The position numbers and the translations under genes are program-made. A stretch of 64,000 nucleotides of DNA from UHGV virus genome UHGV-0468246; one strand, given 5' to 3'. Every line of letters starts with the position of its first letter. Within the stretch, counting starts at the first letter, position 1. The DNA is from a virus. Below, piece after piece: positions 52,040 through 60,945 of the stretch. Under the pieces are notes generated by a model. The model worked only from the letters and a program-made list of their open reading frames with translations. It had not been told where the DNA came from and searched no databases.

Positions 52040-53422
52040 TCACAGCGTCCTCCATTTGCCGCGAGCGAAGACGTAGACCGCCTCCGATTCTCTCCACTTG
52101 CCGTTGACGTACACGCTCGCGAGGCCCTGATGCCATCTCGCGCCGTTCGGAACGTCGTAGCGCCATATCAGGCCGCCGTAGTAATCGACGACCGCCTGAA
52201 CGTCCGCGCCGTTGCGCATATGAACCGCGCGCCCCTTCGCGTCGTAGGAGCGCAGCGTGAACGTCTGGGAGGTGCGCGGCCTCTGCCGCTTCAAAGCCAC
52301 CTCGACCGACTTGATTCCGGCCTGCTCGCTTCGGGCATCGGATGCCTTCCACGAGCGCACGAGGCCGTCAACGCTCCCCACAAGCTCGTAGCGCGCCACG
52401 GGGTAGGAGCCGTCTTCCCAGCCGGAGTAGTAGAACCTCACGGTCTCCCCGGCGCACAGAACCTCGTTCCGCGTTCCCCTGCGACCGATGCACCAGAGCT
52501 GCGTCGGGCCGTAGCTGGGTATCTCGAAGTAGGACACCGCGTCAGACCAAGCGACCTGCTTGCTCCACGCCTGACCGTCGTAGGTGCGGATGCCGAAGAA
52601 CAGCTTGTCGCCCGTCTTGATGTCGAAGAACGACGACGGCTGCACGCTGGCCGACGTGCTGCCGATGCCCTCGACCGCCCGCACGAACTTCGCGTGCTGC
52701 GCAACGGTGTCGGGGTTGCGAGCGCCCGACGGCACCGAATCGCCACGGTAGACGAACAGGTCGTACCCCTTCGCGCCGTTGCAGCGGTTCCACGACACCG
52801 CCACGGGCTGCGTGGCGGCTTGGATTATCTCGATCTTCGGAGGCTCGGCCTTGACCTGCGACGGGGTTGCGGGGCGCGGGTACGCGCCCTCGTGCCACGT
52901 GACGGTGTACATGCCGTCCTTGTTGTTCATGAACGCGCCGTCCTGCGGGCACGGCCTGCTGGCGTAGTAGCCTTGGCCGTAGCGCCCTTCCCAGTTCGTG
53001 ATCTCGTTGTCCTCGAAGCTGCCCGTCCACGGGCGCACGATCATGGGGCATATCGTCAGGTTCTCGTCGTCGGTTCCTATGGGAACGTCCGCGTCGAAGA
53101 CGGTGTAGGGGCCGTGCCACATGGTGCCGTCCCGGTCTCCGGCCCACGAGCCGTTAAGCCCCCAGTCGGCGTACTGCCCCCAGAACTTCCGCCCGCTCTT
53201 GATGGTCGCGCTCTGGTACACGCCGTTCACCGTGCACTGGTGACCGATGGCGTAGCTGAAGAACGAGTTGTAGTACCTCATGCGAACCCAGCACTTTATG
53301 CGCACATGGGTGGAGCGCGCGGTGCGGCCCCACGTCTCCACGGTGTAGCTGTACATGGTGTTGGGCTGTCCGTTGCTCTGCGTCCAGCCCTCTAGCGGCA
53401 TACCTCCTGCGAACCATCCCAT
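52040..53422 (-). CDS. Tail structural protein (460 aa)
   Basis: Trp/Gly/Tyr-rich composition. Confidence 0.45.
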   Translation of the reverse strand: MGWFAGGMPLEGWTQSNGQPNTMYSYTVETWGRTARSTHVRIKCWVRMRYYNSFFSYAIGHQCTVNGVYQSATIKSGRKFWGQYADWGLNGSWAGDRDGTMWHGPYTVFDADVPIGTDDENLTICPMIVRPWTGSFEDNEITNWEGRYGQGYYASRPCPQDGAFMNNKDGMYTVTWHEGAYPRPATPSQVKAEPPKIEIIQAATQPVAVSWNRCNGAKGYDLFVYRGDSVPSGARNPDTVAQHAKFVRAVEGIGSTSASVQPSSFFDIKTGDKLFFGIRTYDGQAWSKQVAWSDAVSYFEIPSYGPTQLWCIGRRGTRNEVLCAGETVRFYYSGWEDGSYPVARYELVGSVDGLVRSWKASDARSEQAGIKSVEVALKRQRPRTSQTFTLRSYDAKGRAVHMRNGADVQAVVDYYGGLIWRYDVPNGARWHQGLASVYVNGKWRESEAVYVFARGKWRTL

Positions 53423-53431
53423 GGCGCTCTC

Positions 53432-54028
53432 CTAGTCGATGTACTTGACGTACAAGTCGCCGTCGCGCAGGTCTTTCGGCAGCGATGCCCTGTCCGGGTC
53501 TGCGGTGCCGTAGAAGATGCGGTAGAGGTCGGTGATCTGGCTCATGGTGTGGGTGTGAACCTTGGCGGCGGCGGGAAGCGTAACGTCTTCAGCGCCGTCG
53601 ATGAACGTGTCGGCAGCGCCGTCTATCTTGATCGTGAAGCCGGGGTCGAGCTTCCCCGACGCGCTGGCGCTGTCGGCGTTGGGGACGTACTCCGGCGTTG
53701 GATGGTAGTGCTGGGTCGTGACCCATCGCGTCATGCCTCCGGGCTTGCCGTCGTCCGCGCGCTTCTGAAGGTAGGCATCGACCATGAAGGTGCCGTCGGC
53801 GGGAACGGTCGCCACCACGATGGGGTCGCCGTTCTCGTCCTTGCCGACGGTTATGTTCGCGCTGCCCCCGTTCGAGACGAGCTTGGCCTTCTCGATCTTG
53901 TCGAAGATCGCGCCGCCCACCTGTTTGCGGAACAGCGCCACGTCCTGCGCGGTGTCGGCCTCCCCCTGCTGCGGGGCCGGGAAGTCCCAATCTCGGTCGG
54001 CTGCGTCGATTTCGAGGGTGTAGGCCAT
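53432..54028 (-). CDS. Tail-associated protein (~199 aa, MAYTLEIDAAD...)
   Basis: Track ORF 53432..54091 trimmed to the first plausible ATG. Confidence 0.4.
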   Translation of the reverse strand: MAYTLEIDAADRDWDFPAPQQGEADTAQDVALFRKQVGGAIFDKIEKAKLVSNGGSANITVGKDENGDPIVVATVPADGTFMVDAYLQKRADDGKPGGMTRWVTTQHYHPTPEYVPNADSASASGKLDPGFTIKIDGAADTFIDGAEDVTLPAAAKVHTHTMSQITDLYRIFYGTADPDRASLPKDLRDGDLYVKYID

Positions 54029-54039
54029 CTTACCTCTCC

Positions 54040-57000
54040 TTAGTACACGCCGTTGTCGTAGACGGCTTCGTTGTACACGTTGTTTATGCACTCGCGCTGC
54101 ACGCCGTCAATCCACACGTCCATGCTGCGCCTGTTCTTGTCGTTCGGGTCGATGCGCCCCGGCGCGGAATGCACCGGCTCGCTGCCCTGCTCGCCCCATT
54201 GTATCAGCACGTAGGACTTCACGCCCGCCTTGAACGGCGCGGGGCTTTTGTCCGCGAAGGTGTTCACGAAGCCGTCAGGCTCGACTATGCGCACCATGAG
54301 CTGCTGTTCGTAGGTGTAGACGCTGAAGCGCCTGCTCTCGTCCATGTAGTCGATGATGTAGCGCTCCTCGGCGGTGCCGCGCTGCCCCGACGGCACGCGG
54401 GCCAATGCCTCGTCCGGGATGTACTCGAACGTCAGGAAGCCCGCGCCAGCGTCGATGCGGAACGCCTCCTCGATCTGAAGCGACGCTTCCGCGTCGTCGA
54501 TGTGAGCGCCCTTCTTCGCCTCGTAGGATATGGTTCCCCTCGGGTCGTTCACGGCCATCTCGTAGCACGGCTGCTCCAAGGGCTTGAACACCTTGTGGTA
54601 GTCCCTCATCGGCGCGCGCGTCTCGTTCGGGTTCCCGAAGTACACGTAGTACGCCCCCACGAACTGGTTGAGGTCGTAGTCGTAGTAGCCCTCCGCTTTT
54701 GTGCCTGCGGGAATCTCGTCCTGCACCCTGAACCACAGCTCCATGTTGTCCGTGATGTCGCAGTCGATCTCTTGGCACTCCACGCCGTTGTAGTAGATCA
54801 CGCGGAAGTCCTTCAGGTCTTGGCGCACCATGGGCGTTGTCTGCGCCCGCAGGATGGAGAAGTCGATGTTCGGCACGAACACCGTGGTTCCGGTCGGCAC
54901 GAAGCCCGACAGCGGTATGCGCAGGCGGTAGTCGTACGCGTTGCTCCACCACATGCCGCCGGTCTGGGGCGTGAACACCGTGCCGATGGTCGTCCACTTG
55001 CCGCCCTCGACTTCGTAGCGCATGTTGAACACTTCCTCGTCGGAGAGGTCTTTGCAGCGCAGGTTCCACGTCCGCGCCTCGACGCTGAACACGTCAACCT
55101 GAACCGACGCTATGGCCTGCGAGCGGACGAGCTTGCTCTGCGACTGTATGCCGATCTCGTCGCCGTCGTCGGGTGCCGGGGTGTACGGTGTCGCCTTGCT
55201 CCCCGATTCCAGCTTCAGGGTGCCCTTCCTCACCTCGACCCATTTGGTAGCGTCGTACGAAGCGAGCGAGTAGAACAGCAAGGCTTGGTAGTTCGTCCTG
55301 ACGTTCGCGTTCGCCATGCTGAACGTCCATTCGTACCTGTTCCACTCGGTCTCCGACATGGCGGACGGGTTCTTCGACGCTATCGACACGTTCGGTGCCG
55401 TCTTCTGCAAGAAGTAGAACAAGCCGAACGAATCTATGTTCCCACGGTACTCGAAGGACAGCGTTACCGTCTCGCCGTCCTGCACGCAGCCGGGGAACGC
55501 GAGCGGCACCGACATGCTCACGTTCGAGTTTCCGCCGAACGTCAGGCGCAGGGCCTCCCCCACGTCGGTCAGCTTGCCAACACTTGCGTTGTACAGGCTT
55601 ATCCCGTCCTGCCCGTTCGCCGTCGCCGTTATGGGCATCTCCTTGGTGAACTTCAGCAGGTTCGCCCCCGGCCCGCTGGCGGGAGCGTCCATCTTCAGCA
55701 CGGTTCCGGAAACGCCGAACTCGGTGCTCTCGACCTCGGCGTTCAGGCCGCTCCACTCCTCGATCATGTCGGAAGGGTGGTCGAACACCTCGCGCGGCGG
55801 GTTCTGGTTCACGGCGAAGTCGAAGCTCTTGAACGCCACCGCGCTGTTCACGTTGACGAACTCCAAGCTGTTCATCTCCTCGGTGGAGGGAACCATGCGC
55901 TCGTCGCGCGTCAGCTCGAAGCCCACGTTCTTGTCGATCACCGAAGCGTCGTTGGCGAACGCTAGGAACTCGCTGTCAGGCTCGACCGCCGCGCGGAGGC
56001 CCGACAGGCCGAACGACACCTCGCGTATGGCCGCGACGAACGCAAGCTCGTCGGAGCGCTCGCGGCGCACGGTCTTGTAGGCGTGCCGCCCGTCTTCGTA
56101 GAAGCGCATCTTCACCGTCTTGCCCTCGACCGGCTCGCGCGGCGACTGCGGAAGCTGCCGCTCGTAGCGCATGTTCTCCGCGAGGACGGAGCTGATCGCC
56201 CCGTTGTCCGTGAAGCGCCAGCTCGCCGGTGTCACCAGCGAGGGGAGGTACAGGGGATTGTAGCTCTGCGATATGATGTCCTCGATGCCGCGCTGGCGCT
56301 CGGCCTCTTGGTAGATGTTCGACGTTCCGATGGCATCGTACACCCCGAGCCGGTCTTCGTAGATCGGGCTGTCCTGCGTGGTGAGGAGCTGGCGGTACAG
56401 CTCGGTCGCGTAGGTGCTGGCGGGCTGCTGCTCGAAGTAGTGCTTCACCTCGTAGGGGTATTCCAGCTCCTCGACCTCGATGCCGTCCGACACAACCGTG
56501 TAGGGGATGGCCGACAGGCCGGTGAACTCCAACTTGACGAACGTGCACTTGCGCAGCGGCAGCGAGTAGTCGGCGCTCTGCAAGGAGTACACGGCGGGGT
56601 ACGGCTTCCACGATGCCGTCTCCCAGTCGCCGTCCTCCGTCGAGTAGACGTTCATCTGGCACCCGCCGTACACCGCGTCGATTCTCATGGAGTTCACGCG
56701 CGAGGCGTTGCCGCTCGCGTCCCTCAAATCGAACACGAGCCATTCTAAGGCGCTCTGCGTGACGTTCGGCTTGCTGCACCAGAACGTGGACGGCATGCCG
56801 TCGTGCAGCCTCTCCGGGCCGCTCACGGCCATCTCCGTCTCCACCTTGTTGCCGAACGGGTCGGAGAACACGGCGGGCGCGAAGTCCTCTGCGTCCATCA
56901 CGTCGTAATGGAGCGACAGACCGGCCATGTCTATGGAGAACGGGAAGTCGTCGGCCTTCAGAGCGCCGTCCGGCAGCGTCTTGTAGTAGGGCGCTTCGAG

Positions 57001-58434
57001 GCGCGTGAAGACGAGGCGGAAGCCGTAGGCCGTCGCGAGGTTGAAGCGGAACGTAACCGTCGCCATGTCGCCCGTCACCGAAGCGCCGCCCCACGAGCGC
57101 GAGGTGTAGGACAGCGGCGTGCCAAGCTCGTTGGTGAGCTGAAGCCACGTTCCGGCCTCCTCGTCCACGAGGACGTACGGGACGATCTCCACGGGCTTCT
57201 TCGACACCTCGAACTCCAAGCGGTTCACCGGCACGCCCTTCTGAAGGCGAACCTCGAACCACTCGTGCGGCCTGTCCGCCGGATAGGCCTCGTCGCTCGA
57301 CCAGATGCGCGAGCTGCGCGCGTCCTCGCTGAACTGGCACTGCACGACGGGGATGTACTCGACGGGGTACGACCAGTCCACCATGCCGTCGGAGCCGTAG
57401 TACGAAGCGCTGTAAAGGCGGCTCGCAACGTCGGACACGGCGTTCGCCGCCTTCTGCAAGTCCGTCCGCTCCGACGTGCCGAGCGACCTGAACGCCGCCG
57501 CATGGCGCACGTCGTACGCCCCTATGTGCTCCGTCGATGCCGTCGCGTCCTCGATGGTGTAGGTGAAGTCGAACGTCTCCTCCTGATGGTTCACGAGGGC
57601 CTGCGTGGGGGCCTCGCGCCGCTCGTTGGGGGAGACCCACAGGTTCAGGTCGTCGTCAACGTCGTACTCCCAGTCGGGCCGCCCCGTGACGTAGCGCTTG
57701 ATCTGCCACAGGGAGCTTGACGCGAAGACATCTGCCACGGGCACGTCGGAATCGGGCCTCGTCTCCAAGATGAGGCTGTTGAAGAACTCGTCGCGCTGCA
57801 CGACGGTTATGACCGCATCCTGCGGCCTTATCCTCTTCGTTACCTTGTTGATGTTGTAGCGCTCCGCCTCGGTCACCTCGTCGGCATCGACGACCACAAC
57901 GTACTCGTTGTAGTCGGCCTGCGGGTACACGCCGGGCCGAAGGCTCGCCTGATCGCCGTCGTCCACGTTGACGCTCTCGTAGAACTTCCACGCTTCGAGA
58001 ACCTTGCACGGCTTTCCGCACGCCGCCTCCGATGCGAGGCGTATGCCGAAGGCGGTGCCGCCGTACTGGAAGGCCGTCACGTACTTGTGGATGCGCGCGC
58101 GGTACTTGGCATCCTTCGCGTCGGCCTCGTCCTCCTGCTCCTTCGTGACGAGGCGCGTGCGCGGGTCGAACGCGTACGATTCGCTTTCGAGCCGCCTGAA
58201 GCCGAGCACGCGACCGTAGAACTCGTCGAGGTCGTTGTAGTGCGTCTCGTCGAGGCTCGTCTGCAAGCGCTTCAGCATGAGGTGGTTGCGCGCGGCCTCG
58301 ACACCAGCGCCGCCGCAGAGAGCGTCGAGCAGGCGCACCATGTGCGACGAGCGCTTCTTGCTGTAGACCTCCTCCGGGAGGCCGGAAAGGTACTCCGCCC
58401 TGTTCGTCGGGCGCAGCTTGTTCACGCCGCCCAT
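54040..58434 (-). CDS. Giant tail / baseplate structural protein (1464 aa)
   Basis: Uninterrupted 4.4-kb ORF in the structural module. No enzymatic motif recognised. Confidence 0.5.
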   Translation of the reverse strand: MGGVNKLRPTNRAEYLSGLPEEVYSKKRSSHMVRLLDALCGGAGVEAARNHLMLKRLQTSLDETHYNDLDEFYGRVLGFRRLESESYAFDPRTRLVTKEQEDEADAKDAKYRARIHKYVTAFQYGGTAFGIRLASEAACGKPCKVLEAWKFYESVNVDDGDQASLRPGVYPQADYNEYVVVVDADEVTEAERYNINKVTKRIRPQDAVITVVQRDEFFNSLILETRPDSDVPVADVFASSSLWQIKRYVTGRPDWEYDVDDDLNLWVSPNERREAPTQALVNHQEETFDFTYTIEDATASTEHIGAYDVRHAAAFRSLGTSERTDLQKAANAVSDVASRLYSASYYGSDGMVDWSYPVEYIPVVQCQFSEDARSSRIWSSDEAYPADRPHEWFEVRLQKGVPVNRLEFEVSKKPVEIVPYVLVDEEAGTWLQLTNELGTPLSYTSRSWGGASVTGDMATVTFRFNLATAYGFRLVFTRLEAPYYKTLPDGALKADDFPFSIDMAGLSLHYDVMDAEDFAPAVFSDPFGNKVETEMAVSGPERLHDGMPSTFWCSKPNVTQSALEWLVFDLRDASGNASRVNSMRIDAVYGGCQMNVYSTEDGDWETASWKPYPAVYSLQSADYSLPLRKCTFVKLEFTGLSAIPYTVVSDGIEVEELEYPYEVKHYFEQQPASTYATELYRQLLTTQDSPIYEDRLGVYDAIGTSNIYQEAERQRGIEDIISQSYNPLYLPSLVTPASWRFTDNGAISSVLAENMRYERQLPQSPREPVEGKTVKMRFYEDGRHAYKTVRRERSDELAFVAAIREVSFGLSGLRAAVEPDSEFLAFANDASVIDKNVGFELTRDERMVPSTEEMNSLEFVNVNSAVAFKSFDFAVNQNPPREVFDHPSDMIEEWSGLNAEVESTEFGVSGTVLKMDAPASGPGANLLKFTKEMPITATANGQDGISLYNASVGKLTDVGEALRLTFGGNSNVSMSVPLAFPGCVQDGETVTLSFEYRGNIDSFGLFYFLQKTAPNVSIASKNPSAMSETEWNRYEWTFSMANANVRTNYQALLFYSLASYDATKWVEVRKGTLKLESGSKATPYTPAPDDGDEIGIQSQSKLVRSQAIASVQVDVFSVEARTWNLRCKDLSDEEVFNMRYEVEGGKWTTIGTVFTPQTGGMWWSNAYDYRLRIPLSGFVPTGTTVFVPNIDFSILRAQTTPMVRQDLKDFRVIYYNGVECQEIDCDITDNMELWFRVQDEIPAGTKAEGYYDYDLNQFVGAYYVYFGNPNETRAPMRDYHKVFKPLEQPCYEMAVNDPRGTISYEAKKGAHIDDAEASLQIEEAFRIDAGAGFLTFEYIPDEALARVPSGQRGTAEERYIIDYMDESRRFSVYTYEQQLMVRIVEPDGFVNTFADKSPAPFKAGVKSYVLIQWGEQGSEPVHSAPGRIDPNDKNRRSMDVWIDGVQRECINNVYNEAVYDNGVY

Positions 58435-58435
58435 G

Positions 58436-60430
58436 CTACATCCACCCCTGCTGCGTGCGGCTGTAGAAATGGACGTACTGGACGTAGAAGCATTCGTTGC
58501 CCTTCTGCCTGAAGTCGGTCGTGTACTGCGCCTTCTGCGTCTTCCCGTCGCGCTCGTACTCCACGATGCCGTACGCGCCGAAGGTGCCGGAGCCGTCGGC
58601 CACCTTACCGGCAGCGTCGGCCTGCGTCGAAACCCTCACGTTATCGACACCGGCGACGTTGGCCGCCACCGTCTCGATGTCGGAGAACTGGATTGTCTGG
58701 CCGAACGGGAGCGAGTTGGCCCAGTCTATCACGGCCTTCTCCACCGCCGCCTTTATCGCGTCCCGCGTGTACACGCTGAACATGAGCGTGAGGTGAACGC
58801 CGTACCTGCGTCGGCGCACCTCGTGAACCAGCGTGTTGGCCGTGACCACGCTCTGCTTCCCCACGAGCTTCTGCACCTCGGAGGGCACCGTGTTGTAGAC
58901 GAACGGGATGTTCAGCGGTGTCTCGTTGGTCAAGCTGATGTTCGTGCCAGCCGGAACGAAACTGTTCTTATCGCCGCTGTAGGTGCCCATAAGCTCCACA
59001 GCGTCCATGGCGCGCGAGCTGCCGTCTCGGTTCGCGTAGCCGGAATCGTACAGCATGCGGAACTGCTTGCCTTCTTGCAGGATGATGTCCGCGCCGACGT
59101 TTATCATGCCGTTGTAAGAGCGCATGACGGGCTGGTAGGACAGGGGTATGTACAGGTTGTTCTCGGTCGGCATCGTCCCGTCGTCGTGCCGCCAGTTCCC
59201 ACGGTTCTGCGCCGTGACGAGCTTGTTGAAGTCGATGAACTGAAGGTCGGCGACCGTCTGCCCGCTCTCGCCGTCCACGAACACCTCGACCGTCTTGATG
59301 CCGCCACGGTTCAGGTTGGACAGGTAGTCGTACTCGATGGTGATGAAGTCGCCGATGCTCGCCGCCTTGTAGACGTAGGACACCAGAACGGTCTGGCCCA
59401 CGTAGTCGGCGGGGAACGAGGACGTTATCGTGATCTGGTTCCCGGACACCGTGAAGCCCGTCGTGATCGGCGTAACGCCGTCGTTCGACGTGATGCCGGA
59501 CACGCGCAGGACGTTGGGCTGCGAAAGCGAGTAGGAGTTGCCCCGCATGACGGGGCCGATAAGCTCGGTCGTCGCCACGTCGTGGAAGGTTATCACGGCG
59601 TTCTCCGCGTCAACGTCGTACTCGCCGCGAGAGTACAGCTTGTCGGTGTCCGCGTTGCGCACCCAGAAGCGGTTCTGCACGTCGAGCATTTCGGCAACCT
59701 CGTCGATTGAGTACGTCGCCGTGTAGTTGCTCTGGACTGCCACCGTCTCCGTCCACGTGCTCTCCTGCCCGATGACCGATGCGCGGCTGTCGGCGGCATG
59801 CGCGAGCGCGAGGCCCAAGTACTGGTCTACGGTGCCGAACTCGCCACGGAATATCGTGTTCACGATTCGGGTGCGGAACTCCGCGTCCGTCTCCAAGTCG
59901 CGCCCGCCGGTCATGGGGAGGTCGTTCGTCACGCCGAAGTAGCCGGTGTAGCTCACGGAGTACGTGACGGTGTTGGCCGCGACGTTCGCCGCGCTGCCAG
60001 CGACGGTGGCGACCACCGGTATCTCCGCCTTGGTGACACCCTTCGCCATCTCCTGATAGCTCGTCGTCTGGAAGTACACGGCGGCCTGCGTCGCGGTCGC
60101 GGGCTTGTAGAACTGCGCGCCGTAGGCTATCGCCTGCACGCTGTCGGCGTTGTCGCGCGTGATGGAGATTGTGCCGCTCGCCGCCTGCGCCTGCTGGCGC
60201 GCGAAGCCGAACATCGCGCCGAAAGCGTCAAGCTCGGAGCCGCTGTAGGAATCGACCGACCACAGGGTGGTCGTTGTGTTCTCGTCAACCACGAGGCTCG
60301 CGAGCTGCGATGCCACGGCGGTGATGATCTTGCGCGTCGGGGTGCCGAGCGTCGTGCTCAACGTGGGGTCTACCGTCGCGAGCTGGTTTATGATGCTGGC
60401 CTCGAATTGCGCCTGCGTTTGTGCTGCCAT
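58436..60430 (-). CDS. Baseplate J-like protein (664 aa)
   Basis: Position in the cluster, size and composition are consistent with a baseplate J/gp6-type wedge protein. Assignment by context only. Confidence 0.35.
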   Translation of the reverse strand: MAAQTQAQFEASIINQLATVDPTLSTTLGTPTRKIITAVASQLASLVVDENTTTTLWSVDSYSGSELDAFGAMFGFARQQAQAASGTISITRDNADSVQAIAYGAQFYKPATATQAAVYFQTTSYQEMAKGVTKAEIPVVATVAGSAANVAANTVTYSVSYTGYFGVTNDLPMTGGRDLETDAEFRTRIVNTIFRGEFGTVDQYLGLALAHAADSRASVIGQESTWTETVAVQSNYTATYSIDEVAEMLDVQNRFWVRNADTDKLYSRGEYDVDAENAVITFHDVATTELIGPVMRGNSYSLSQPNVLRVSGITSNDGVTPITTGFTVSGNQITITSSFPADYVGQTVLVSYVYKAASIGDFITIEYDYLSNLNRGGIKTVEVFVDGESGQTVADLQFIDFNKLVTAQNRGNWRHDDGTMPTENNLYIPLSYQPVMRSYNGMINVGADIILQEGKQFRMLYDSGYANRDGSSRAMDAVELMGTYSGDKNSFVPAGTNISLTNETPLNIPFVYNTVPSEVQKLVGKQSVVTANTLVHEVRRRRYGVHLTLMFSVYTRDAIKAAVEKAVIDWANSLPFGQTIQFSDIETVAANVAGVDNVRVSTQADAAGKVADGSGTFGAYGIVEYERDGKTQKAQYTTDFRQKGNECFYVQYVHFYSRTQQGWM

Positions 60431-60439
60431 GCCTTCTCC

Positions 60440-60877
60440 TTAGAGCGTCTGCGCGACGGAGACCTGCGTGGCCGCCGCCGTGCTCACGATGACGAGGACG
60501 TTCACGTTCGTGCCGGTCGCGCTGACCGTTATGCTGTTGAGGGTGGAAACTATGTCGTCGTCCGTCCAGACCTGTAGGAACTCGTTGTCCGAGAGGCGCT
60601 GCTTGTCCCTTGCGATCTGCTCGTTCTGGGCCGCTATGTAGTTCGTCACGACGCGGTTGACCTCCGAGCGGATGGCCGTCAGGTTGTCGTCGAACGCGGG
60701 TGCCCCTATGTAGTTCCAGAGGTCGGAGCCGAACTTGGGGTAGACGGCATCCGTGCCGATAGGTTCGAGCAGCCAAAGCGCCATCTCCTGCTGGATGCGC
60801 GCGGCCCCCTCGACCATCACGGGCTTGCCGTCCCCTCCTATGACTATATCGCCATCCGCGACCTTGATGCACTTCAT
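60440..60877 (-). CDS. Baseplate wedge gp25/W-like protein (145 aa)
   Basis: Small protein immediately upstream of the J-like gene. Size is typical of gp25-like proteins. Confidence 0.3.
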   Translation of the reverse strand: MKCIKVADGDIVIGGDGKPVMVEGAARIQQEMALWLLEPIGTDAVYPKFGSDLWNYIGAPAFDDNLTAIRSEVNRVVTNYIAAQNEQIARDKQRLSDNEFLQVWTDDDIVSTLNSITVSATGTNVNVLVIVSTAAATQVSVAQTL

Positions 60878-60945
60878 GCGGTCGTCTCCTTACCCTAGTC
60901 GTCTTACGGACATTCTAGCAGCAAGGGCGGTCGGCGGCGACGGCC